64,000 nt of DNA, from assembly GCA_964524835.1 (NCBI GenBank), contig CAZGEG010000013.1:56927-120926 (forward strand), in the 5' to 3' direction. The stretch's first letter is position 1; each line of letters begins with the position of its first letter. Shown piece by piece: positions 8,463 to 15,908 of this stretch. The position numbers and the translations under genes were made by a program. A model generated the notes under the pieces. It made no database searches. It had not been told where the DNA came from and saw only the letters and a list, made by a program, of their open reading frames with translations. This DNA is from an uncultured Geobacter sp. Its GTDB lineage: Bacteria; Desulfobacterota; Desulfuromonadia; Geobacterales; Pseudopelobacteraceae.

Positions 8463-8635
8463 TTCAGTCTCCTTGTTGTTGTAAGGATGAAAATCCGCCA
8501 GGATCGACACCCCCGCCCCGATTTGTTCTTCATTTGGCACATCCCGTTACTAGCGGGTTACTCCAGGCACTCAACCTTTGACTTCCCACGGCCGCCCCTC
8601 CCCCGGGAGACGTCCCCCCAGCGGAGTTCAACCCG

Positions 8636-9151
8636 TTACTTGATGATGCCGCAGGCAATACGCGCACCGCCGCCACCTAACGGAGCAGGATGATCGGCAT
8701 GGTTGTCTCCGCCCGCATGCACCATCAGCGAGCGACCGGCAAGATCGGCTGTTTTCAGACGCGGCGCCAGCACCGGCTGTTGTGCGTTACCCGCAGCATC
8801 CACGTAGAGAGCGGGCAGGTCCCCCAAATGCCCTTCACCCCAGGGTGTGTCGTGACGTTTGGAATTGGCCGGATCAAAGTGGCCGCCCGCCGCAAGGGCG
8901 GGGACCATGGCGCCGTCCTTCTCCAGGGGGGCACAGCTCGGGTTCTGGTGCAGATGGAATCCGTGCAGTCCGGGTGGCAGCCCTTTCAGTGACGGAGTGA
9001 ATACGAGTCCGTACTTTGTTTCAGTGATTGAAACCTGTCCGACGCCGGGGCCAATGCCCTTTGCATCAACTATGTGCAGTGTAACCGTTGATTCAGCGTG
9101 TACGCTGACGGCGCAAGACAGTATCAAGAGCGACAGGATGATTGTTTTCAT
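8636..9151 (-). CDS. sodC: periplasmic Cu/Zn superoxide dismutase
   Basis: Start moved to ATG 9151 (AAAGGAGA RBS). Signal peptide present. Motifs [24 protein letters not shown] and [26 protein letters not shown]. Confidence 0.92.
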   Translation of the reverse strand: MKTIILSLLILSCAVSVHAESTVTLHIVDAKGIGPGVGQVSITETKYGLVFTPSLKGLPPGLHGFHLHQNPSCAPLEKDGAMVPALAAGGHFDPANSKRHDTPWGEGHLGDLPALYVDAAGNAQQPVLAPRLKTADLAGRSLMVHAGGDNHADHPAPLGGGGARIACGIIK

Positions 9152-9327
9152 AAGATCTCCTTTCGTGCCGACGACAATGCCGGCCTCTGCCGCCCCCTCG
9201 AATGCGCCGGCTGCCGGCATGGCCGCAGGGACGGGATACGAGCCATATGTGGAGTATATCCCAACTTTTTTTCTTTACAAGTGTACACGCGACCGCTTGG
9301 GCGGTCGTTCCGTATAAAGTTCTGTTG

Positions 9328-9448
9328 CATGCTTAGGTGTCAGGTCTAGGTTACATGCTTAGGTGTCATCATGCTTATACATGCTTAGGTGTCAGGTCTA
9401 CACATTGACACTCAGCACACTTGTTTTGTCAATGTGTAGACCTGACAC
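9328..9448. repeat. direct 21-mers (catgcttaggtgtcaggtcta at 9328-9348 and 9380-9400, partial copy at 9354-9368) fused to a perfect 22-bp hairpin (9389-9410 / 9427-9448)
   Basis: Read directly. gtgtcaggtctacacattgaca is the exact reverse complement of tgtcaatgtgtagacctgacac, with a 16-nt loop. Confidence 0.9.
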
Positions 9449-9666
9449 TATTGCCATACTCCTGAAATTGCTTCAACACCTGGATAAGCTGAAAATACGG
9501 CTTCTGCCGTTGGACTACGAAGTCGATTTTGGCTACACACGAATAGTAATTTCATCAAAGTGCCTTTTAGTTACTATTGATCGCATAACGGGGTGGGGGA
9601 ACACCGGCGGTTTAAGGCCGGTGCTTCTTCCTGGTTGGAAATTTAGCTCTTTTTGCTCTTTAGGAC

Positions 9667-9695
9667 TTGACCTGTGTAAACAAATTGTTTATATT
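9667..9695 (+). promoter_or_regulatory. candidate higBA promoter with palindromic operator; transcript probably leaderless
   Basis: TTGACC (9667-9672), 17-nt spacer, TATATT (9690-9695). The higB ATG at 9702 is only 7 nt downstream. The 13-nt palindrome aaacaaattgttt (9678-9690) lies in the spacer. Confidence 0.5.
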
Positions 9696-9701
9696 GTGTT
9701 C

Positions 9702-9983
9702 ATGATTTCATCATTCGCGAACAAAGAAACTGAAAAGCTCTTTACGACAGGGAAGTCCAGAAAACTTCCTCCGGAAATCATCACCCGTTCGATCATGCGT
9801 TTGACGCAATTAGACAGTGCATGTGAAGTTACGGATTTGCTGATTCCTCCGTCCAACCGCCTTGAAACTCTTTCCGGTGATAGGGCGGGACAGTGGAGTA
9901 TCAGGATTAATGACCAGTGGCGAATATGCTTTCGGTTTGTCAATGCTGAAGCAACTGACGTCGAAATAACCGATTACCATTAG
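9702..9983 (+). CDS. higB: HigB-type (RelE-fold) toxin, plasmid-maintenance killer family
   Basis: 93 aa starting MISSFANKETEKLFTTGKSRKLPPEI and ending LSGDRAGQWSIRINDQWRICFRF...VEITDYH. The tracked ORF has a spurious 113-aa N-terminal extension. Confidence 0.85.
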   Translation: MISSFANKETEKLFTTGKSRKLPPEIITRSIMRLTQLDSACEVTDLLIPPSNRLETLSGDRAGQWSIRINDQWRICFRFVNAEATDVEITDYH

Positions 9984-9993
9984 GAGAAACTTT

Positions 9994-10296
9994 ATGGCTA
10001 TCAAAAACGGGCTTCCCCCCATTCATCCAGGAATATTTCTGAAGGAAATACTTGATGAACTTGGCTTGTCACAGAACGCTTTTGCTCATGCGATTGGCGT
10101 TTCACCAATGCGAATATCTCATGTTATCAAAGGATCACGGCCTGTTACAGCAGAACTGGCTGTTCTTTTCGGCAAAGTGTTCGGGCAGACACCTACCTAC
10201 TGGATGAACTTGCAAACCAGCTATGACCTTAAGACCGCTCAAAAAGCGATGGCACAGAGAGTGCAACAAGTACAGCCACTTTTGATGGCTGCGTAG
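9994..10296 (+). CDS. higA: HigA-type antitoxin (XRE HTH)
   Basis: IHPGIFLKEILDELGLSQNAFAHAIGVSPMRISHVIKGSRPVTAELAVLF. Lies 10 nt after higB, the toxin-first order typical of higBA. Confidence 0.88.
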   Translation: MAIKNGLPPIHPGIFLKEILDELGLSQNAFAHAIGVSPMRISHVIKGSRPVTAELAVLFGKVFGQTPTYWMNLQTSYDLKTAQKAMAQRVQQVQPLLMAA

Positions 10297-10447
10297 GACT
10301 GTTCACCAAAAAAGCTTCTTGTTTTCGAGGTCAATTACTAATCTGGCTGATTTATCGATTGTTCCATCTGGTTTCATTTGTTTTTCACAAATGCATGCTG
10401 CGGGGCTGAACCTGTATTTAGGAATGAAATCCCCTTCAAGAGCCTTT

Positions 10448-10520
10448 AGGGGACGTTGTTAAGATTGTAAACTTCGCTCTCAGGAATGAAGTTAAGTAAA
10501 CCAACTTAACTACGTCCCCT
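10448..10520. repeat. long imperfect hairpin between convergent genes (16-bp arms, 1 mismatch, 41-nt loop)
   Basis: aggggacgtTgttaag (10448-10463) pairs with cttaacTacgtcccct (10505-10520). Confidence 0.7.
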
Positions 10521-10568
10521 TTATCCCCATTGTGTAGCGAACTTACGCGTCCCTTCAGATCCTCTCTG

Positions 10569-11492
10569 TCAGAAGCTGCGGCTACAGGCATTTAGTTCTT
10601 CCTGTAGCTTTGTATGTTCGGCATTGAGGTTGGATATCGCCGGGCTAAAACCGTAGTGATACGTTTCATAATTCTCGACGTATTTGAACAGACTGTCGTA
10701 GATATTGAAAAGCTGATTGATCTTGTAGTAGCAGTCATAATAGCGGGGCGACGGAGTTGGTATCGAATAAGTGCTGGCTGCGCTACGTTTCTTAGTGACT
10801 ATGTTGGTGTATTCTTCCAGCATGCTGTCAGTCAGGACATGACGATGGCTTGCCCATGTTGGTTTGTTGTCACCCTGTAGGTACCAAGGCGAGGAGAGGT
10901 AGCTATAGCACTGATGGAAGCACTGGTCGATATTGGAATTTAGACCACTAACCACAGCATTGAAGCGCGCCTTGAACTGCTCGTCGCTGGCCGCATTACG
11001 CTGGGCAGTCGTCTGGCCGGAACCGCCGACGTCAATTGCAGGACGGTTCGCCATACGGCGGAAATTGTTAGCCGAGCAGGTCATGAACAGTCCAAGAAGC
11101 AGTAGCATCGAGAGGACACGGATCATCAGTGTGGTCAACCGGCGGTCGAACAGGTCGCGGTACCAAGCGTCGGTTACCCTGAGTTCAGACTTGATATTAA
11201 GTTCCTCTTTACGGTTCAGTTCGAAGAGACGTGCCTGACCTCGCAGGAACTTTTCGATGATGATTCCGCAGTCGGAACAGTTATTAGTTTTCTGCTGTTC
11301 ACAACCGCATTTTGGGCAGGTAATGCGTTCTTCCAAAGGTGCGACGGATATCGGAGGCTGAGTCTCTGAGCTTTCGGGACAGACATGAAAGCTAGTTGCA
11401 CACTTGCTGCAGATAACCGACCAACCTTCCGGCGGGAGTTTGCTGCTATTGACCGACCCTTGAGCCGAGCATGATGGACATGCGACATTCAT
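10569..11492 (-). CDS. double zinc-ribbon, single-pass membrane protein with Cys-containing periplasmic domain (hypothetical)
   Basis: N-terminus CPSC..17..CSKC (MJ0042-type finger), then CPKC..9..CSDC. TM helix LTTLMIRVLSMLLLLGLFMTC. About 170-aa extracytoplasmic part with CFHQC, DCYY and NACS. Confidence 0.7.
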   Translation of the reverse strand: MNVACPSCSAQGSVNSSKLPPEGWSVICSKCATSFHVCPESSETQPPISVAPLEERITCPKCGCEQQKTNNCSDCGIIIEKFLRGQARLFELNRKEELNIKSELRVTDAWYRDLFDRRLTTLMIRVLSMLLLLGLFMTCSANNFRRMANRPAIDVGGSGQTTAQRNAASDEQFKARFNAVVSGLNSNIDQCFHQCYSYLSSPWYLQGDNKPTWASHRHVLTDSMLEEYTNIVTKKRSAASTYSIPTPSPRYYDCYYKINQLFNIYDSLFKYVENYETYHYGFSPAISNLNAEHTKLQEELNACSRSF

Positions 11493-11627
11493 TAGACATC
11501 CTCGAAGCGTGAATAATGTGCGCTATGGTTGAACTTTAATGATTCTTCAGATCCTGCATTCAGGGCAGGTGATGTGCATATTGCTCCGGGAAATAGGCCT
11601 CTGTAGTGTGTAGCAGATACGGTCTGC

Positions 11628-12200
11628 TTATTGCCATCTGATGCGTCGCGCATTGAAGTCTATCTGGAAGCGGGAACTGTTCAGTACATCATTGCCAAGT
11701 AAGCCGTCATACGTGCCGACAGAGGTCACCGCTACCTCGACACTGCCCACCCGCTGCGGACCGATGCTGATAGTGTCGAGAATTACAGAACCGACCAAAC
11801 CGAACCCAGTTACCCCCTGAATCATCGCTATATCAGAATCTCTAGGGTTTATATCTAGCTGCTTGGCAATATTTGGACTGATCAGTGAGCTGGCTGCTCC
11901 TGTATCGAGGACAAACTGTCCCTTGATGTCTCGCCCCTTGTAGCTGACCGTGACTGGAACCACGATATGGTTATTGACCAACTTAAAAAGTGTCTCAGTC
12001 ATGCTTTCGCTCTCTTGAATTTTCGGGCGAACTTTTGTGGTCTTATTGCGGCTTTTGGGAATCTTGACCGGATCATCCGTGAAGCTTATAGTACCGTTCT
12101 CATCCACATACTCATAGGTCTCGGCGACAGCCGACGAGAAGACAACGAGCACTAAAATTGTGAGGGTCATACATGTAAAGAGTGGCTGGGTAAGTTTCAT
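11628..12200 (-). CDS. secreted or anchored retropepsin-like (clan AA) aspartic protease with DUF4124-like N-domain
   Basis: Signal/anchor MKLTQPLFTCMTLTILVLVVFSSAVA. YEYVDENGTISFTDDP is DUF4124-like. FVLDTGAASSLISP carries the catalytic DTGA, followed by DGLLGNDVL. Confidence 0.78.
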   Translation of the reverse strand: MKLTQPLFTCMTLTILVLVVFSSAVAETYEYVDENGTISFTDDPVKIPKSRNKTTKVRPKIQESESMTETLFKLVNNHIVVPVTVSYKGRDIKGQFVLDTGAASSLISPNIAKQLDINPRDSDIAMIQGVTGFGLVGSVILDTISIGPQRVGSVEVAVTSVGTYDGLLGNDVLNSSRFQIDFNARRIRWQ

Positions 12201-12339
12201 GTTATGTTTTGCCCCCTAAGGAAGGTATCTTATGCGGCGATGTCGTTTTGTTATTCAAAAATTGGCGAAGTATATTCTTGCTTTTTATTTATCATCACAC
12301 TTTGCCATCAATTAACTTAGGGCTATTGTCTAATGAAGT

Positions 12340-12951
12340 TTATTCTCTTTGTTTTGCGCTTTTTTGACGTTTTTCTGTTTCTGCTTTTTCTTTCCGGGAT
12401 GGAGTGTAATTCATGAGGTTGTCAATTTCGTGCTCGAGTGACGCCGCATAACCGGTAGTTGTATGAGTGCCGATTACGAAAAATGGCAATGCGACCCCGC
12501 CTTTTTCCTTGAATCTTGCACGATTCTCCGGACTAGAGTCATTGTTATATTTGATATACCGATATCCACGTGATTTTAAATATTCCTCTGCTTCAATACA
12601 TCCATGGCAATAAGAATCTTGTACATAAAATTCAATGATAATGTTACTGCTGCTTGAAGAGTCACTCACAACATTTGAAGAATCACTCGGTAAATTTTGA
12701 TCAGTATAAACATAGGGCTGAGTTAGTTTTGATGAAGTATTTTGGTCATTTTTCTTGATAACTGATTTCATTTTTACATTTTTATTCTTTAGAGAATATG
12801 GCTTTCCTGATTTTAGCAACGCAGGATTAACAGTGTCATCCGACGTTCCGAATGCTCTTTTTGCCTCTTCGGTAGACCATTCTTGAGCCTCAGCACTATT
12901 TCCACTAAAGTTGAATGACGCAGAAATCAGTAAAACCAGTAAAAATCTCAT
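12340..12951 (-). CDS. secreted glutaredoxin/thioredoxin-fold protein (CHGC) with Ser-rich linker
   Basis: Start moved to ATG 12951 (GGGAGG RBS). Signal peptide MRFLLVLLISASFNFSGNSAEA. C-terminal IIIEFYVQDSYCHGCIEAEEYLKSRGYRYIKY...PFFVIG. Confidence 0.72.
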   Translation of the reverse strand: MRFLLVLLISASFNFSGNSAEAQEWSTEEAKRAFGTSDDTVNPALLKSGKPYSLKNKNVKMKSVIKKNDQNTSSKLTQPYVYTDQNLPSDSSNVVSDSSSSSNIIIEFYVQDSYCHGCIEAEEYLKSRGYRYIKYNNDSSPENRARFKEKGGVALPFFVIGTHTTTGYAASLEHEIDNLMNYTPSRKEKAETEKRQKSAKQRE

Positions 12952-12969
12952 GTAGAACCTCCCTTTATA

Positions 12970-13206
12970 GTTTCTCGGTTTGAATTCGAGTTTTTCCCAG
13001 TATTGTTCAACTCGTAAATCACCGGTTAGAGCCGGGTTTGTATCTGTAGAAACATATTTATAGATGTAGAAACTTGTTTCTACATCTATAAATACAAAAA
13101 GTTTCTGTATGTATAAACTTCTGTGATTTTTGGGGTTCACTAAGTTTCTATATTTAGAAACTTAGTGACTTTCAGGTGCTTTGAGCGTTTTCTACATATA
13201 TAAACT
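12970..13206. repeat. iteron-like array built on GTTTCTAC / GTAGAAAC
   Basis: A perfect 19-bp inverted pair at 13055-13073 / 13076-13094 (tatttatagatgtagaaac tt gtttctacatctataaata). Degenerate direct copies at 13101-13119 and 13187-13206. A second palindrome cactaagtttcta-tatt-tagaaacttagtg at 13138-13167. Confidence 0.88.
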
Positions 13207-13421
13207 TTTTCAGTTTTGTACCGGCAATGCGGCCGTAGGGTACATACCAGAACTTTTTGTCTCTATCCCATCGCCCGCCCACAACTCTTACCTGTTTCTG
13301 AAAAGTCGTTTCGTCATGCAATCGACTTTAACAATCAAACCATCCGGTCAAACCTGCTCCCTCCCTATCCCATCCGGACTCAACAATCAAGTGCATTTTC
13401 AGATATTTACGAACATTAAAA

Positions 13422-13500
13422 GTGTAAAGTTTCTTTACACCTTTCTAAATTCCTCAAGCATTACAGCATATTACGGATGTGTAAAGTTTCTTTACACATC
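13422..13500. repeat. two identical copies of the 19-bp palindrome gtgtaaagtttctttacac, 57 bp apart
   Basis: Copies at 13422-13440 and 13479-13497. The second is extendable to a 25-bp palindrome at 13476-13500. Both share the AGTTTCT core with the 12970-13206 array. Confidence 0.9.
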
Positions 13501-13625
13501 TACTAACATACCGTAATCATAACAGTTTATAAAAATGGATTTATTTTCAGATAAGCGTTTTAATGAGAACAAATGGGTGGGGTATTTTGTGGAATGCGCC
13601 CTGAAGCAGGATGTCCGGCACCCTT

Positions 13626-14432
13626 TTACGCCGGCTTGCGCGCAACAAGGCTTCCGTAGGCGATGGAGCCGAAAAAACAGCCGCTCTCCACCCTCCGGCG
13701 CGCCTCGTTCTTGAGGGCCTGCGCCAGCTCGGCGCTGATCCGTCCGTCAGCGGCGAGCACATCGGCGCCCCGGTCGGCAATAGTCAGCATGTAGTCCGGC
13801 TCGTGGGTTTCAACAATCCCCAGGCTGCGCTGCTTCACGACAGAGAAGCCTGCCCCCCGGACCAGGGACGGCAGCCGCTGGATCAGCCAGCGGTCGTGCA
13901 CCAGCGCCGCCATGGCCGCATCGGCACACGCCTGCAGCGGATCGAAGTCGCCGTTCGCCAGGGTTGTCGTCGTGTAGTTGCCGTCGAATACGGCCAGAGC
14001 GCCTCCGGGGCGGAGCACGCGGAACGCCTCCCGCAGCGCCGCTTCCGGCCAGGGGACATGACTGAGGGTCGTGTGGAAGAAAACGGCATCGAAGCTGCCG
14101 CCGTCAAAGGGGAGGTAGCGGCAGTCCCCCTCGATGAAGCTGAGGTTCGGGAGACCGGCGGCCAATGTGCGAGCGGTCGCCAGAAACACCGGTGACGGGT
14201 CGATGCCGACGACCTTCCCGGCGGGGAGGCGGCGGGCGAGCTCACGGCTCACCGGCCCGGTGCCGCAGCCGACATCGAGCAGGTCGGCGGATTCCGGCAG
14301 ATCGATGTCAGCAAGATAGGCAGCCAGCATGTCGCGCTGCTGCAGGTCGGCCGCCCGGCGCTCCAGGACCTGCGCCAGGCGCTCCTGAACGTCATCCCCC
14401 GCATCGGCTATCGTACTGTAGACATCAGCCAC
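13626..14432 (-). CDS. class I SAM-dependent methyltransferase
   Basis: Motif I LLDVGCGTGPVSRELA, post-I VVGIDPS, and LRPGGALAVFD. Confidence 0.85.
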   Translation of the reverse strand: MADVYSTIADAGDDVQERLAQVLERRAADLQQRDMLAAYLADIDLPESADLLDVGCGTGPVSRELARRLPAGKVVGIDPSPVFLATARTLAAGLPNLSFIEGDCRYLPFDGGSFDAVFFHTTLSHVPWPEAALREAFRVLRPGGALAVFDGNYTTTTLANGDFDPLQACADAAMAALVHDRWLIQRLPSLVRGAGFSVVKQRSLGIVETHEPDYMLTIADRGADVLAADGRISAELAQALKNEARRRVESGCFFGSIAYGSLVARKPA

Positions 14433-14477
14433 AGTTTCCCCCTCGTACCAACATCCAAACTAAAAGCAAAAACGATT

Positions 14478-14591
14478 TCACGCAACGACGCGACGACGCA
14501 ACGCTTTAAAAGCATGAGCATGGATTTAGTCTTAAAGACTTTCGTAGCGTCGTCGCCTAGAGGCGCCTACTTTTGGTGCGGCGTCGCGTGA
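14478..14591. repeat. 114-nt TCACGC...GCGTGA inverted-repeat element, second member of the family seen at 1975-2092
   Basis: Left arm tcacgcaacgacgcgacgacgcaacgc. Right arm gcgtcgtcgc...gcggcgtcgcgtga. gcgacgacgc at 14490-14499 pairs with 14547-14556. AT-rich centre contains gtcttaaagact. Confidence 0.8.
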
Positions 14592-14603
14592 GTAAAAGCC
14601 TTT

Positions 14604-15908
14604 TTACCCGTCTATCGTGATATTCCGGCAGTGCGTTTCCCTGATCCTGCTGGCCCCGGCTACGGCGATAACCGCACAGCCGACCATGATCAGGAACCCG
14701 GTATGGTAATCGGAAGGCGCATACACCCGCACCCCGTTTTCAATCAGGCCGTTCCAGCGCAGGTCCAGTGCCCATCCAAACAGCGGCTGCATCACTGCGG
14801 CCCCGAAAAAGAGCCCCGTGTTCACCAGGCCAACCGCCATGCCGGACAGTGCGGGTGCGACGACCTCCTTGGCGTTGGCAAATGTTACGACAAAGCCGCC
14901 CGCGCTGAGGCCGAGCAGGGCAAACTGGGCGATGCCGAACGGTCCGGGGTGCCACGGCAGATAGGCCAGGCCGAGACACGCCGATGCGTAGAGAAGCGTG
15001 CCCCCAAGGATGACCGGCTTGCGGCGGCCGATGCGATCCGAGAACCAGCCGGCCAGCATGGAGCCGACCGCAAAACCGGCCAGCGCGAAGGTGGTATATT
15101 CTGCGGCCGCCGAGCGGGCCAGGCCGTGGACATCACGCAGGAACGGGATCGCCCAGAGGCCGACAAACGCCAGCATGCTGCCGACCATGCCGAGATCAAC
15201 CCACAATACCGGCCAGGCGGAGCCGGTGGCGACGACGCTCTTCAGGTCTGCCCACCAATGCCGCCTGCTGGGGGGATGGCTCGCCTTCCCTTCCATTTCC
15301 CGTATGGAGGGAAACCCCATATCCTCGGGGCGATTGCGCACGATCAGTGCCGACAGGACTGCCAGCAGCAGCGTGACGCCCCCCAGCACCAGAAATACGG
15401 AGCGCCAGGAATGGCTGCGCAGCACCCCCGCCAGCGGGCCGGCAGAGGCGATCGCGCCGACGTTGCCGAGGAGCAGCGTCAGCCCGCTGATCATGCCGAA
15501 ATTGCGGTCGCTGAACCAGAGGCTGTTGCTCTTGAACAGCCCGACAAACACCACCGAAACTCCCAGTCCGACCAGGGCACGCCCGGCGGAAGCGCCGGCA
15601 AAGGTATCGGCCATGCCGAACAGGATCGAGCCGCACCCGGCCACAAGCGTGCCGGATGACACCGTAACCCGGGCCCCCAGGGTGTCGGCCAGCACGCCGG
15701 CCGGGATCTGCATGGCGGTGTAGATGTAGAAATACATCGCCGCCAGCGACCCGAGGGCTGCACCCGACGTATTGAAGGCCTTCATCAGGTCGGCGGAAAT
15801 TACCGCCGGCGCCATGCGGTGAAAAAATACCAGCATGTAGATGGCGGTCAGCACCGCAAAGATCGACCAGCGGGCCAGCAGGAAGCGGGTGCGGTTGTAG
15901 GTGGTCAC
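14604..15908 (-). CDS. MFS transporter (12 TM)
   Basis: 434 aa, hydrophobic throughout. Its start overlaps the stop of the upstream ligase gene by 4 nt. Confidence 0.85.
   Translation of the reverse strand: MTTYNRTRFLLARWSIFAVLTAIYMLVFFHRMAPAVISADLMKAFNTSGAALGSLAAMYFYIYTAMQIPAGVLADTLGARVTVSSGTLVAGCGSILFGMADTFAGASAGRALVGLGVSVVFVGLFKSNSLWFSDRNFGMISGLTLLLGNVGAIASAGPLAGVLRSHSWRSVFLVLGGVTLLLAVLSALIVRNRPEDMGFPSIREMEGKASHPPSRRHWWADLKSVVATGSAWPVLWVDLGMVGSMLAFVGLWAIPFLRDVHGLARSAAAEYTTFALAGFAVGSMLAGWFSDRIGRRKPVILGGTLLYASACLGLAYLPWHPGPFGIAQFALLGLSAGGFVVTFANAKEVVAPALSGMAVGLVNTGLFFGAAVMQPLFGWALDLRWNGLIENGVRVYAPSDYHTGFLIMVGCAVIAVAGASRIRETHCRNITIDG

Larger units (their letters stand above)
9328..13625. other. 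AT-richer genomic islet (no integrase or transposase seen)
   Basis: Hand GC counts on single 60-nt lines give 32% (line 12601) and 33% (line 10681) inside. Flanking lines give 62% (line 8701) and 63% (line 19201). Repeat structures sit at both borders and a TA module is inside. Confidence 0.6.

Noticed and set aside
9328-9400. Possible CRISPR arrays at 9328-9400, 12970-13500 and 61691-61726.
   Set aside because: The repeats are contiguous or irregularly spaced, and several are inverted relative to each other. There are no unique spacers of about 30 bp and no cas genes in the window.
9363-9701. A 113-aa N-terminal extension of the higB ORF (the tracked ORF is 206 aa).
   Set aside because: The extension runs through the repeat and hairpin region and across the predicted promoter. 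HigB-family proteins are about 90-100 aa, and the conserved N-terminus begins at ATG 9702.
13181-13516. 111-aa ORF (and the nested 13216-13419 ORF) in the AT-rich spacer.
   Set aside because: The sequence is low-complexity (Phe/Ser/Ile/Tyr-rich). There is no RBS, and the ORF is built from the palindromes themselves. It is better explained as non-coding repeat DNA.
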